A stretch of 64,000 nucleotides of DNA from Eledone cirrhosa (lineage: Eukaryota): contig OZ024752.1 of the NCBI GenBank assembly GCA_964016885.1, positions 40,734,001-40,798,000 of the forward strand. Reading direction: 5' to 3'. A program made the position numbers and the translations under genes. Within the stretch, counting starts at the first letter, position 1; every line of letters begins with the position of its first letter. The notes under the pieces were generated by a model. The model did no database searches, was not told where the DNA came from, and saw only the letters and a list, made by a program, of their open reading frames with translations. This document shows positions 44,920-59,895 of the stretch, in pieces.

Positions 44920-45230
44920 GGAGGCACATGGCTTAGTGGTTAGAGCATTGGCTTTGCAATCAAAAGGTTGTGAGTTCAATTCTCAAACCGGGAGATGTGT
45001 TGTTTCCTTGAGCAAGACACTTTATTTCACATTGCTCCAGTTTACTCAGCTGTAGAAATGAGATGATAGGGACTGGGGCCCCTATCATTCCACTGCAAAG
45101 TGGTCGTGGAGGTGCCACAGCAAAAAAAGCACCCTGCACTCACTGTAAATGAGGTTGGTGTTAGGAAGGGCATCCAGCTGTAGAAATCAAGCCAGAATCA
45201 GTTCCCGTCCCACCCTTGCAAGCAGGGAAG
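44920..45230 (+). mobile_element. CORE-type tRNA-derived SINE (SINE-B)
   Basis: tggcttagtggttagagc A box, gagttcaattc B box, tccttgagcaagacacttt...ctcagctgtagaaatgag core-like segment. Confidence 0.75.
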
Positions 45231-45334
45231 TCTAATATATATGTCTAAGTATATATATTTCTGCCGAATGAAACAGCTCTAGTCCTGTAGAAGCCATTTC
45301 TATATTAAATAAATATATATATATATATATAAAA

Positions 45335-45392
<58 letters not shown>

Positions 45393-45394
<2 letters not shown>

Positions 45395-45584
45395 CGAGGG
45401 AAAAGTGGTAAGGAACCAGGTGGACCATAACGCACCAAAGTACTTAATACTTAGGGTAGTAGAGTGGGTAATAGGAGTAAGTAAGACCCCGACGGCTGAG
45501 CTCAAGCCGTTTCGACGGCTAATTCTGTACAGAATTAGCCGTCGAAACGGCTTGAGCTCAGCCGTCGGGGTCTTACTTACTCCT
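45393..45584 (-). mobile_element. Family C fold-back element, perfect ~110-bp palindrome
   Basis: Centre ctgtacag at ~45528; (TA)n on both sides; family B half-motif nearby at 45258-45308. Confidence 0.8.
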
Positions 45585-45754
45585 ATATATATATATATAT
45601 ATATATACATTGGCAACCTTGGTCTAAAAATATTGGGTGCCAGGAAAAGCCATGAACGAAACAATATCTCTATATATATACATCTATATCTATATCTATA
45701 TATCTATCTATCTATCTATAGATCTCTCTCGCTCTCTCTCTCTATATATATATG

Positions 45755-45799
<45 letters not shown>

Positions 45800-45802
<3 letters not shown>

Positions 45803-45963
45803 TAAGTTATTCCGGGTTGAATCGGAGGTAACCACAGTAAGTAAGGTACTCAATACATAGCGGAGTATAACATTTTTAATATAGATGAGATTCTACAGGA
45901 CTAGAACTGTTTCATTCTTTAAAGAATGAAACAGTTCTAGTCCTGTAGAATCTCATCTATATT
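45800..45963 (-). mobile_element. Family B fold-back element centred in hammerhead stem II
   Basis: gatgagattctacaggactagaactgtttcattc-tttaaa-gaatgaaacagttctagtcctgtagaatctcatc. Confidence 0.8.
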
Positions 45964-46294
45964 TAAAACAAAAAAAAATATATATATGTAGTGAATAATA
46001 ATAATATCAAAATAATTTACTCAAGGCTACTAAACAAGAACAATTAGTCGTATAAAAACCGTATTAGTCTAAATCTATTGAAAGACAGTATATAGTTTCT
46101 GCTGGTATCTTCAGCAAAATTTCTGTATCTACAGCTTCAAATTGGTTCCTAACAATTATAACCTTGAAGAAGTTTATAGAATTTATTCTCCCACCGTTCA
46201 TTCTTGTATATAATAAAAAAAGAAAATTGAATGCCATTTTTTTTCATTTCATCTTACAGAAATGTATTACGTTTCTACAAAACAACCGTAAATG

Positions 46295-46358
<64 letters not shown>

Positions 46359-46500
46359 AATGGTGTTGAAGTGTGTATACATTTTTATGGGTCATCTTGT
46401 ATATATATATATATATATATATATACACCACTCTTCAACAGCATTCTAATAAATATTGCCTGAACATGTAATCAAAGTATTATACATATTTTGGGGACAC

Positions 46501-46578
<78 letters not shown>

Positions 46579-46639
46579 ATTAATATATATATATTTATGT
46601 ATATATACATACATATTTATATCTATCTATATATCTACG

Positions 46640-46671
<32 letters not shown>

Positions 46672-46781
46672 CGTATATATATATATATTTATATATACGT
46701 ATATATATATATATTTATATATATATATATATATTAATATATATATATTTATGTATATATACATACATATTTATATCTATC

Positions 46782-46880
<99 letters not shown>

Positions 46881-47177
46881 AATATAATATAAATACAATA
46901 CACTTAGGATACAGCCACGAGGCAAATGGTGATTAAAAAGATGATGTTTGTTGCGGCACCAACGTAAAAATTGTTGTTGTCGCTATTGTTGTAGTGATAA
47001 TGGAAAGACAACTATGTTTGTGTCTGTAATACTATGGAGAATACAAGCATCTCCTTTAACAACGTATTTTTTTTATTGTTGTCTTATCAATGTATTGTGG
47101 TGTTTTGTTCAGTTTTACATCGCTAAAACTGAAGTTGTCAATTGTACACTTCCATTTATGTTTTACAGTGACGGCCG

Positions 47178-47847
47178 AGAGATAGAGAGAGAGGAGGGAG
47201 AGATAGATAGATAGATAGAGAGAGAGAGAGTGAGAGATAGGGGATGAGAGAGAGAGGGGGAGAGATAGATAGATAGTTAGAGAGAGAGAGTGAGAGATAG
47301 GGGTGAGAGAGAGGGGGGTGAGAGAGAGAGGGAGAGAGAGGTGAGAGATAGAGATAGATAGATAGATAGAGAGAGAGAGGGTGGGAGAGAGAGAGCGTGT
47401 GTGTGTGTGTGTGAGAGAGAGAGAGAAAGAGAGAGAGTGTGTGTGTATGAGAGAGAGAGAGAGTGTGTGTGTGTGTGAGAGAAAGTGTGTGTGTGTATGC
47501 GTGTGAGAGAGAGAGAGAGAATGTGCATGAGAGAGAGAGAGAGAGTGTGTGTGTGTGTGAGAGAGAGAGGGGAGAGATTTGGTTTGTGTGTGTATGTGTG
47601 TGTGTGTGCGTGTGAGTCTGTATGTGTATGAGTGTGTGTATGAGTGTGTGTGTGTGTGTATGTGTGTGTGAGTGTGTGTGTGTGTGTGTGTGTGAGTCTG
47701 TATGTGTGTGAGTGTGTGTGTGAGTGTGTGTATGAGTGTGTGAATATGAGTGTCTGTATGAGTGTGTGAGTGTGTGTGTGTATGTATGTGTGTGTATGTG
47801 TGTGTGTGTGTATGTGTGTGAGTGTGTGTATGAGTGTGTGAGTGTGT

Positions 47848-47906
<59 letters not shown>

Positions 47907-47925
47907 TGTGTGTGTGTGTGTGTAT
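47178..47925. repeat. (GA)n/(GT)n compound microsatellite
   Basis: Directly visible. Confidence 0.95.
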
Positions 47926-48098
47926 CTATCTTGCGCCAACCTAGAACAGTAAGTTGTTATATAGTGAAAGAGATGTGATATTCTAAAACGCTATCAGAAG
48001 AGTATTTAAGGAGAAATTACGTAATGGTTCTATCTAAAACATTGCCCCTGGCCGATTGGTTGTGTAGCTTGGGAAAGGTCAAATCTGCGATTTAACCA

Positions 48099-48132
<34 letters not shown>

Positions 48133-48230
48133 ACACACACATACACACACACACACACATACACGTACTCACAAACATATACAAACACACACACACACAC
48201 ACCTATATATATATATATATATGTATATAT

Positions 48231-48396
48231 AATATAGAAGAGCTTCTACAAAACTAGAACTGTTTCATTCGTGAAAAATCATCAGGAAGCTCCTGATGAT
48301 TTCTCACGAATGAAACAGTTCTAGTCCTGTAGAAGCTCTTCTATATTAAAACTTTTATACTCTGCTATGTATTGAATACCTTACTTACTGTGGTTA
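48231..48396 (+). mobile_element. Family B fold-back element with back-to-back hammerheads (48241-48291 minus, 48289-48337 plus)
   Basis: tcatcag-gaagctc-ctgatga at the centre; both arms carry GAAA...GTA-gaagct. Confidence 0.8.
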
Positions 48397-48419
48397 TATA
48401 TATATATAATAAATTCTGG

Positions 48420-48457
<38 letters not shown>

Positions 48458-48460
<3 letters not shown>

Positions 48461-48877
48461 GAGGTTATATTTAATTTGTTGGGATACAACAAGCAAAATA
48501 TTTTTATAACTGATATAAAGCACTCAACAAATTATTGGAGTAAATATACAATATATTAACAAATGGAAACTATATTTATAAAACCATATTTATTTCATTA
48601 TACATATTTCAAGGGCCACCAAGGCAAACTATGGTGCGCTTTCATCAGATAAAATATAATATAGGTTAGTTTTATAAATAAATATTGACATACCCTATCC
48701 AGGAGATTCCAACCAGAATGGTTGCATTTTTTCAGGGTATGTCAATATTTATTTATAAAACTAACCTATATTATATTTTATCTGATGAAAGCGCACCATA
48801 TTTTGCCTTGGTGTCCCTTGAAATATGTATAATGAAATAAATATGGTTTTATAAATATAGTTTCCATTTGTTAATAT

Positions 48878-48885
<8 letters not shown>
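48458..48885 (-). mobile_element. Family D fold-back element; hammerheads at 48591-48656 (minus) and 48774-48839 (plus)
   Basis: tattttat-CTGATGA-aagcgcacca...tggtgtccctt-GAAA-tatgt-ATA-atgaaata; arms ~150 bp with a few mismatches. Confidence 0.85.
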
Positions 48886-48939
<54 letters not shown>

Positions 48940-48950
48940 TATATATATAT

Positions 48951-49024
48951 ATGACTGCTGGCTGAGTTCGGATCTAGATGACGAAACGGCCGGAGCTCAG
49001 CCGTCGGGGTCCTGACTCTTTTCC

Positions 49025-49026
<2 letters not shown>
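48951..49026 (+). mobile_element. Family C fragment retaining most of the hammerhead
   Basis: atga-ctgctggctgagttcggatctagatgac-GAAA-cggccggagctcagcc-GTC-ggggtc. Confidence 0.65.
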
Positions 49027-49087
<61 letters not shown>

Positions 49088-49245
49088 GTATATATATATT
49101 GTTATATTTGGGGAGGGTCATATTGTTATAATATTGCCAGAAATAATAAAAAAAAATACACTCACTGTTTGGTTTCAATTGGTTTTCGCTTCTGTATCTT
49201 TTATATATCTACTACTGCTGCTGTTGTTGCTGCTGCTGCTACTAC

Positions 49246-49308
<63 letters not shown>

Positions 49309-49348
49309 AACTACTACTACTACTACTACTACTATATTAGATAGATAT

Positions 49349-49439
49349 TGACTTTGCCTTTCATCCTTACGGGATCGATAAAATAAAGTACCAGTAATGC
49401 ACTGGTTAATTGCTGGCCTTGTGCCTAAAGTAGAAACAA
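49349..49439 (+). mobile_element. SINE-A 3' fragment with TSD
   Basis: ctatattagatagatat on both sides. Confidence 0.85.
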
Positions 49440-49911
49440 CTATATTAGATAGATATCTGTAAGAGCAACAACAGAGTTACACATGCGATGTCTGTCTTTT
49501 TTTGGTGATAGAAAACTTGAAGTTATTGTAAATTGTTAAGAATTGTTTGTGGAACTTGTTGAGAAATAATTTGTCTCGAGAGAAGAAGAATATATATTAT
49601 GATGAATATTCTTTATAATTTAATTCATTTCTCCACAGAATTGATTTTCAATCCATCCATTTATGTTCCGCCATGTATTCTATATTCTAATTTATTTTCT
49701 TATAATCAATTTCTATTCCTATTTATTATTATTATTTTTATGTATTTATTATATAATTATTATATGTTTTATCCGATCTTTTCAAAAGGCAAGTATTTAT
49801 AATTATTCCATTTTTTTTTTCCAGTATAAAATTATTTTATGTTTATTAATAAATAGCTAGTTATAAAAATGTCTGTTTACATAATTATTCAAATATGAAT
49901 GAAATATACTT

Positions 49912-49948
<37 letters not shown>

Positions 49949-50053
49949 AGTATATTTACATATATATATATGTATATATATATATGTAAATATACTTATA
50001 TATATACATATATATATATATATATGTATACAAAATTTACAAGAAATTATAAG

Positions 50054-50097
<44 letters not shown>

Positions 50098-50117
50098 AAA
50101 TTATAAGAAATTATAAG

Positions 50118-50218
<101 letters not shown>

Positions 50219-50308
50219 AGTAAGAATATTTTCGAAACAGCGAGTGGGTTTGAAATTATTAGAAATGTAAGCTTTCGGCGATAGATTACATTTCTAATAA
50301 TAATAATA

Positions 50309-50412
<104 letters not shown>

Positions 50413-50422
50413 ATATATATAT

Positions 50423-50549
50423 AACAAAGATACCAGGTGGACCATAACGCACCAGAGTACTCGATACTTAGGGTAGTAGAGTGGGTAATAGGAAAAGAGT
50501 CAGGACCCCGACGGCCGAAGCTCAGCCGTCGGGGTCCTGACTCTTTTCT

Positions 50550-50551
<2 letters not shown>
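50423..50551 (-). mobile_element. Family C fold-back element centred in stem III
   Basis: aaaagagtcaggaccccgacggc-cgaagctca-gccgtcggggtcctgactctttt. Confidence 0.8.
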
Positions 50552-50581
<30 letters not shown>

Positions 50582-50717
50582 ATATATATATATACATATA
50601 TATATATACACACAAACTTTGTACTTCTTTCTAATCTGTGTTTCTGTGTGATTTCGAACACCGGGCAGGTTTGATAAATTTGGTTCCTATGATCCATAAA
50701 AACTTAGAAACTAAATA

Positions 50718-50772
<55 letters not shown>

Positions 50773-51204
50773 CCTGCAAAACATTTAGTTCATTCAGAAA
50801 CAATAAACTATTTCTGCAAACCCTCTGATGTAATATGACAGTAAAGCGAGAAGTACTTTGTAAATCTAACTACACACGTCCCAAGTGGAATAGGTCGTTT
50901 TAACTAACTACTAGATGTCGATCAAAATGAGAATTATTCTGTGCCTGAATTCAAGGTTTTAACAATGGACATATCAAACTAATCACTTTCAGATTCTCAA
51001 ACTCTATGACAATGTACACGTTTGTTTTATGTATCTTATAGCTGAATATATCCAGGATGATTTTGTTTGCACAAGAAAAACAAAATCACACTAACTAAAC
51101 ATAAATATATTTTTCATTTTTCTCTCTGGTATTTTTCCCTTCCTTTTCTCTGTACGTACTCACTCACACTTATATGTATATATAATCATATATATATATG
51201 TATA

Positions 51205-51277
<73 letters not shown>

Positions 51278-51329
51278 ATATATATATATATATTATATGT
51301 ATATATATATCTATATCTATCTATCTATC

Positions 51330-51360
<31 letters not shown>

Positions 51361-51544
51361 TTTTTTAAATATATATATATCATATGTATATATATCTACA
51401 CACATATATATACTTACATATGTATACATGTATATATATTATATTATAAAAGATGTATATATATATATACATATATACACACACATATATATATTTCCAT
51501 ATGTATACATGTATATATATTATATTATAAAAGATGCATGTATG

Positions 51545-51628
<84 letters not shown>

Positions 51629-52003
51629 TACTTCGTTCTTCAATTTGTTCTGCAAGATTTATTATCTGAAAACGTGTGTTGAAACCGATATTGTTATACT
51701 TTGCGAGGGTCATGTTGCCAATAAAAACACACGCACGTGTTAGTTTTCTTTTCAATTTATTACAAATGTCCGGTTGGTTGGTTCAATAAGTGGATCTTTG
51801 ATTATATATTGTCAAAGCTCTTTCGTCACAATTTCTGTGACCTCCTCAGTGATTGATTTGTTATTTCGTGTCTCTTCTTTGTTATGTCCTATACCATCTT
51901 GTTTCATTGCTCAACCTGTTAGAAATAGTAGCCAATTCTCCTTATCCTCTTATAAAAAAAGGGACACATTAGATAATGTAATATAGTAGAATATATAGTT
52001 GTT

Positions 52004-52575
52004 ATGATGGTGGTGGCAGTGGTGGTGATGGTGACAGTGGTGGTGATGGTGACGGTGGTGGTGATGGTGACAGTGGTGGTGATGGTGACAGTGGTGGTGA
52101 TGGGGACAGTGGTGGTGATGGTGACAGTGGTGGTGATGGTGACGGTGGTGGTGATGGTGACGGTGGTGGTGATGGTGACGGTGGTGGTGATGGTGACGGT
52201 GGTGGTGATGGTGACGGTGGTGGTGATGGTGACGGTGGTGGTGATGGTGACGGTGGTGGTGATGGTGACGGTGGTGGTGATGGTGACGGTGGTGGTGATG
52301 GTGACGGTGGTGGTGATGGTGACGGTGGTGGTGATGGGTTTTAAGACATATAATGGCGGTCGCTATATTTAATGAGTAGAGGCAGGGTTGTGTTGTTATT
52401 TGGAGCTGTAATGTTGTTGACAGCACCGGTGGTGGTGGTGGTGGTGGTGGTGGTGGTAGTGGTGGTGGTGGTGGTGGTGGTGGTGGTGGTGGTGGTGGTG
52501 GTGGTAGTAGTAGTAGTAGTAGTGGTGGTGGTGGTGGTGGTGGTAGTAGTAGTGGTAGTAGTGGTGGCGGTGGTG

Positions 52576-52607
<32 letters not shown>

Positions 52608-52659
52608 GGTGATGGTGGTAGTAGTAGTAGTAGTAGTGGTGGTGGTGGTGGTGGTGGTG

Positions 52660-52691
<32 letters not shown>

Positions 52692-52738
52692 GGTGGCGGT
52701 GGTGGTAGTAGTAGTAGTAGTAGTGGTGGTGGTGGTGA

Positions 52739-52778
<40 letters not shown>

Positions 52779-52817
52779 GGTGGTGGTGGTGGTGGTGGTA
52801 GTAGTGGTGGTGGTGGT

Positions 52818-52862
<45 letters not shown>

Positions 52863-52863
52863 A

Positions 52864-52939
<76 letters not shown>

Positions 52940-53012
52940 GGTGGTGGTGGTGGTGGTGGTGGCGGCAGTAGTAGTAGTAGTAGTGGTGGTGTTGGTAGTA
53001 GTAGTAGTAGTG

Positions 53013-53063
<51 letters not shown>

Positions 53064-53153
53064 ATGGTGGTGGTGGCAGTAGTAGTAGTAGTGGTGGTGG
53101 TGGTAGAAGTAGTAGTAGTAGTAGTGGTAGTAGTAGTGGTGGTGGTGGTTGTG

Positions 53154-53230
<77 letters not shown>

Positions 53231-53232
53231 AA

Positions 53233-53288
<56 letters not shown>
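52004..53288. repeat. 18-bp (GTGGTGGTGATGGTGACG)n minisatellite (52004-52337) and (GTG/GTA)n microsatellite (52428-53288)
   Basis: Directly visible. Confidence 0.95.
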
Positions 53289-53978
53289 ATTGAAGCAGTG
53301 AGAGTGAGATATTTGTTGTGACATTAATGGCAGTTGTGGAAAATTATTGAATAAACACTTGAATACTTTAGGCAGCGAAAGAAACAAAACACTTTAGATG
53401 ACATTTTGTTAATCCTTCCATTTAGTTAATAACGAACACATTAAGAATGGTAAGAAAATACTAGAGAAACCCTCAAGGAAGATGAAACCAAGCTTTAAGT
53501 CCTTAAAACAGAAAGTAGTTGTTTTTTGAAATAATGGGTTTAAAATGTTTTCCCTTCCTATAGTTTTATATATCCAAGACTACATTCTTTAATGTATCTT
53601 TGTAATTCTTAAGAACTATTTAACAGCTACCAAGACAAGCCAATGCCTACTTGTAAATATGCAATTTATAAACCACTGAAATGTATATAACAGTAACAAT
53701 GTAAGCAATACAATTTCAAAAATAACTAACTAACCTGCCTCAGTATGAGTGTGTGTCCGCGAAACATATACGTATACATTGGGTCTGAAAACAAAGGAAC
53801 CAATCTCCCACTGTCACTGCCTCCGTCTCTACCGCTCTCCCCATTATTATGAACAGATGGGGGCCCATACAATGCTTTTCAAAATATCTTCCAGTGAAAT
53901 ACAAAAAACAACTCATGGACAATAAGTCAAAATCTTGCCAAATGAATTCAAGTATGAAAATATCATTTGATTGCTTAA

Positions 53979-54198
53979 CCCTTTAGCATTTAAACCGGCC
54001 ATATCCGGCTAGAAATCTCTCATCTCTTTCTGTTCAAACTGGCCATAACCAGCCACTCATAAAGAAATTAAGGTATTTTTCTCGAAATAAATAATATCAA
54101 AATATCATAGATTTGATATTATGTGAGATAATTATATACGGTAAAGCCTTACCGTAAAAATACAATAGTAAATATAGAGTAATGTAAATGCTAAAGGG
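53979..54198. mobile_element. piggyBac-type MITE, 220 bp
   Basis: 14-bp TIRs ccctttagcattta / taaatgctaaaggg flanked by TTAA on both sides. Confidence 0.85.
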
Positions 54199-54577
54199 TT
54201 AAACGAGTCCAAAACAGTGATAATACAAAACAGCCTATTAGTTCTTACAGAAGAACTGTAACTCATTAAAAAAGAGATTAATAAAAGTGCTTAGCAATTC
54301 AACCTATTATAGATATTTCATTATTGAGAATATTAAAATGATAAATAATTAATTGACAAAGAAGGATTTTTCAAAAGATATTAAAGTATTAAAAAATTAC
54401 TTGAACAGTAAATAACTCCAACAGTAAATATACAAGTTATTTATTAGTTATTTATTTTCAAATATATATTTTATACGTGACTTTAATATGGATATCGTTG
54501 ATTGAAATATCAATAATATATTACATGAAGTATATCTTGGAAGCAGAATTAAGCTGTATTAAGTTTGATATATGTAG

Positions 54578-54792
54578 GTGAAGGCGTGTGGCTGAGTGGT
54601 TAGAGAATTGGATTCGCAATCGTAAGGTTGTGAGTTCGATTCCTGGACCAGGCGATGCGTTATGTCCTTGAGCAAGACACTTTATTTCACGTTGCTCCTT
54701 CTACCTGGAGTTGCGACCGATAGATAGTATTAGCAATTGGAAAGACCAACGGAAACATTGTTTCCTCGGTCCGATTTGACGAAAGTCGATCG
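54578..54792 (+). mobile_element. Chimeric SINE-B: tRNA head + partial CORE-like segment + novel structured tail
   Basis: tggctgagtggttagag A box, gagttcgattcc B box, tccttgagcaagacacttt; diverges from 44920 copy after ttgctcc. Confidence 0.75.
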
Positions 54793-55052
54793 TCTTCTTC
54801 CTATGTAAACATATTGAAGTATAATTTAGTCTCACGGTGATGAATTGTGTTTTGATTAATAGTTATTCACGAATTGTAGTGATCACTTTAAACCATCTAG
54901 TTGTGAGAGATGGTTTAATGCTTTCTAGTTGCTGAAGATCGCGACCTTCGTCTGAACGGTTACAGTGCAGCTACTAGTAAACGACGTGAGTAAACGACGT
55001 TTGGATTTGGGTTTGAGTGATTTGAGAGATTTGCTTGTGTGAGAAATATAAC

Positions 55053-55530
55053 TGTTTCTACTTTAGGCACAAGGCCAGCAATAATCCAGTGCATTACTGG
55101 TACTTCATTTTATCGACCCCGTAAGGATGAAAGGCAAAGTAATAATTGTTTCTACTTTAGGCACAAGGCCAGCAATTATCCAGTGCATTACTGGTACTTT
55201 ATTTTATCGACCCCCGTAAGGATGAAAGGCAAAGTCAACCTCGGCGGGATTTGAACTCAGATCGTAAAGGGACGTAACTATAATGGAAAGCATGGCGTCC
55301 GACCCTCTACCGATACTGCCAATCCACCGCCTAGTTATTATAATTGTACCTACTTTAGGCACAAGGCCAGCAATTACCCAGTGCATTACTGGTACTTTAT
55401 TTTATCGACCCCCGTAAGGATGAAAGGCAAAGTCAACCTCGGCGGGATTTGAACTCAGATCGTAAAGGGACGTAACTATGCTGGAAAGCATGGCGTCCGA
55501 CCCTCTACCGATACTACCAATCCACCGCCC
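55053..55530 (-). mobile_element. SINE-A head-to-tail trimer inside one 18-bp TSD
   Basis: Units 55053-55140, 55145-55331, 55342-55530; ttgtgtgagaaatataac at 55035-55052 and 55531-55548. Confidence 0.9.
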
Positions 55531-55792
55531 TTGTGTGAGAAATATAACGACTAACGATAAGCTCACATGGAATCAGAAAAACAAAACAAATGGTGAGCGA
55601 CGAGTGGATGATGCAGAGAAGAAATTAGATATCTTTCGGATAAAGCATGTTGGTGAGCTAATGACGGACCACACCTGAACAGTATGATGTTAGGCGTCAA
55701 AAGAACAAGAGAATGGAGATAGGCGATAAAGGATGGTGATATGGAGGTGAGAAACAACTTCTGATCATCAGCTGTCAAAATGGATTTACAGT

Positions 55793-56684
55793 TTCGTACT
55801 CTGAGCGTATAGGTTGAGAGTCCCAGTAATTCCGTACTCTGAGCGTATATGTTGAGAGTCCCAGAAATTCCGTACTCTGAGCGTATATGTTGAGAGTCCC
55901 AGAAATTCCGTACTCTGAGCGTATATGTTGAGAGTCCCAGAAATTCCGTACTCTGAGCGTATAGGTTGAGAGTCCCAGAAATTCCGTACTCTGAGCGTAT
56001 AGGTTGAGAGTCTCAGAAATTCCGTACTCTGAGCGTATAGGTTGAGAATCCCAGAAATTCCGTACTCTGAGTGTATAGGTTGAAAGTCTCAGAAATTCCG
56101 TACTCTGAGCGTATATGTTGAGAGTCTCAGAAATTCCGTACTCTGAGCGTATATATTGAGAGTCTCAGAAATTCCGTACTCTGAGCGTATATGTTGAGAG
56201 TCCCAGAAATTCCGTACTCTGAGTGTATAGGTTGAGAATCCCAGAAATTCCGTACTCTGAGTGTATAGGTTGAAAGTCTCAGAAATTCCGTACTCTGAGC
56301 ATATATATTGAGAGTCTCAGAAATTACGTACTCTGAGTGTATAGGTTGAGAGTCCCAGAAATTCCGTACTCTGAGTGTATATGTTGAGAGTCTCAGAAAT
56401 TCCGTACTCTGAGCATATAGGTTGAGAGTCCCAGAAATTCCGTACTCTGAGCATATAGGTTGAGAGTCCCAGAAATTCCGTACTCTGAGCATATAGGTTG
56501 AGAGTCCCAGAAATTCCGTACTCTGAGCATATATGTTGAGAGTCTCAGAAATTCTGTACTCTGATCATATATGTTGAGAGTCTCAGAAATTCCGTACTCT
56601 GAGCTTATAGGTTGAGAGTCCCAGTAATTCCGTACTCTGAGCTTATAGGTTGAGAGTCCCAGTAATTCCGTACTCTGAGCGTAT
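55793..56684. repeat. 38-bp minisatellite (AATTCCGTACTCTGAGCGTATAGGTTGAGAGTCCCAGA), ~23 copies
   Basis: Directly visible. Confidence 0.97.
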
Positions 56685-57094
56685 AGTCAGAGCAGATAGT
56701 CAGAAAATAAACAATGCCAACATTTTGGCGTCAGTGAATCCTGTACCACACACAAACATATTCGGCCATACTTTCTGTAGAATAAACCATAGTTAAAGAA
56801 TATATCTCTTTCTCATTATCTTTTCATACATTTCTGTTTATTTGTTTTTTCCCATTCATATTTAAATGTCTTTTCTCAAGACTACATATAAACAGTTATG
56901 TACTATTCCATAAATATGAAGTATTTTCATATCTTCACTTTCTGTCAACAAAAATGTCGCCACTTGATAGCAGCGTGTATTGTACATTGCAGTAAGTTTT
57001 ATCAACTGGTGCCAATATGGATTCTTACTGTTTACAGAAGTTTTCTTTCATTTTTTCCATTTGCTATTTTGGTGTTGCAAGACTACACTCACAA

Positions 57095-57141
<47 letters not shown>

Positions 57142-57223
57142 AAATTATATCTTTTTAGTATATATTGGAATTGGTATGTGCGTAGAAGAAGAGGCATTCA
57201 TTTGGACTAAACACAAACATACA

Positions 57224-57261
<38 letters not shown>

Positions 57262-57280
57262 TACAGACATACGCATGCGA

Positions 57281-57317
<37 letters not shown>

Positions 57318-57343
57318 ACTGATTATATGCATACAGACACATG

Positions 57344-57375
<32 letters not shown>

Positions 57376-57397
57376 TGTATGTATGTATGTATGTATG

Positions 57398-57496
<99 letters not shown>

Positions 57497-57523
57497 ACAT
57501 ATATATATATAGAGAGAGAGAAA

Positions 57524-57574
57524 GGCTTCTACAGGACTAGAACTGTTTCATTCGGTAGAAATCATCAGGAAGCC
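57524..57574 (-). ncRNA. Type I hammerhead ribozyme motif, family B; family C half-motif adjacent (57581-57622)
   Basis: ggcttc-CTGATGA-tttctaccgaat-GAAA-cagttctagtcct-GTA-gaagcc. Confidence 0.8.
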
Positions 57575-57630
57575 TGATTAGGACCCCGATGGCTGAGCTC
57601 TGGCCGTTTCGACAGCTAGATCACACACAA

Positions 57631-57662
<32 letters not shown>

Positions 57663-57904
57663 AAACAGAAAATACACACACAGATAGTAGAACACAGACA
57701 CACACACACACATGCAAACACACACAAGCACACACACAGATAGAAGAACACATACAAACACACACAGACACACACACATAAACAGACACACCTACGCAAA
57801 CAAACACAAGCACATACACACACACACAAACACACACACACACAGATAGAAGAACACATACAAAAACACACAAGCACACATACACGGATAGACGTACACA
57901 CACA

Positions 57905-57939
<35 letters not shown>

Positions 57940-58053
57940 AAAAATACACACAGACACGCACACACACACATATAGATGAACACAAACACACACAAAGACA
58001 CAGACACACACACACAAAAGCACACACACACACACACACACTCACACACACAC

Positions 58054-58098
<45 letters not shown>

Positions 58099-58883
58099 AA
58101 CACACACACATACACATGGCCGACCACATACACGACAACGTTAATACTGACAAAATCATAATCATGTGATTCCATTAAAAACGTCACCTCCTTCTCTAAT
58201 CCAAGAGTCTAAAGTGCTTGGGTAAAGAAGATTGCCACAAACCACTAATGGCTCTTCCAAGGGAACTTTTCAACTCCACAGAAAAATGAAAATATATTTA
58301 TATAAAAACGCAAACAAAATGGAATGAAATAAAATCACAGAATACAACCCTTTTGACAAATGTTTAATGGAAGTTGTATTGCAAGCGAAAGATAAAAATG
58401 GCGGCGTTCTCAACACCAACATATATAAACAAAAAGATTTATTTGGATAAAAGGGAATAAATAAATTCACACAAAAACACACATTGTGTATAATATAATA
58501 TAATATAATATAATATAATATAATATAATATACTATAATATAATATAATACTCTGCATGTGTTTGTATGTTGTGTATTGTGTATATGTTATGTGTATGTT
58601 ATGAATGTGTGTGAAGTGTTTGTGTTGTGTGTAAATATACCTCGTTTTCCTGTTTTATATATAATATACAAATATAGAAATTTTATAATACACACACACA
58701 CATATACACTCACTCACACACACACACACTCACACACACACACAGACATACACACACATATACACTCACATACACACACACACACACAAAACAGATATAT
58801 ATATAGAGAGAGAGAGAGAAAGAACGAGCAAAAGAGAAAGGTGTATATGAAAACATACATACACACACACTCACACACTCACG

Positions 58884-58922
<39 letters not shown>

Positions 58923-59861
58923 GTAGATAGATAGATAGACAGATAGAGAGGGAGAGAGGGAAATAGAGAAAGAGAAAAGGAAGAAAAAGGTGTATATGTA
59001 AACCCACACACATATATATTTGTATATATATATATTTACATACATACTTACGACGATTGTGTATACGTGTGTATATATATAAGACGTATGTATGTATATA
59101 TGTATATATATATATGTATATATGCATGTATATATATATGTATTTATGTACGTATGTACGTATGTACGTATGTATGAATGTACGTATGTATGTATATATA
59201 TATGTATGTATTCATGTATGTATATATGTATGTATGTATGTAAGTATGTACGTATGTACGCATGTACGTACGTATGTACGTATGTACGTATATATGTATG
59301 TACGTATGTATTTATGTATGTATATATATATATATGTATATATGTATGTTTATATGTACGTATGTACGTATGTATGTACGTATGTATGTGTGTATGTATG
59401 TATATATGTATATATATATGTATGTATATTATGTTTATATGTATGTATGTTTATATCAACACTATTAAGTAGTGCAAAGTCTAATGACAAATGATTTCTG
59501 TGAAATGTATTAAAATTATTTCAATTTTTATTTATTTTCCAATTCTGCGTCATTAAGCCTTGAAAATCGTAGAAAATCGGTCTTTTGATTTCACCCCCCC
59601 CCTCTCTCCATCTATCTATCTGTCTCCCCCTCTCTCTCTATATATATATCTCTTTCACACACAGTTCTATCCCTTTTATCTCTTTCTCTACCATCTCCTT
59701 TAACCCCCCCCCTCTCTTCTGTTCTTTCACTCGCACTCATCGGCAAACACACTCACTTATATATGCTGACATTCATAAACACATACACGTACACACACAC
59801 ACACGCACATACACACTCTATCTCTGTCCTCTTTCTCTCTCTCACACACACACACATATAT

Positions 59862-59895
<34 letters not shown>

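Noticed and set aside
55549-55740. Possible RTE C-terminal remnant flanking the SINE trimer
   Set aside because: Similarity too weak to support by eye
55793-56684. 38-bp array and its 121-aa ORF as CRISPR or repeat protein
   Set aside because: Head-to-tail units without spacers; unit length is not a multiple of 3
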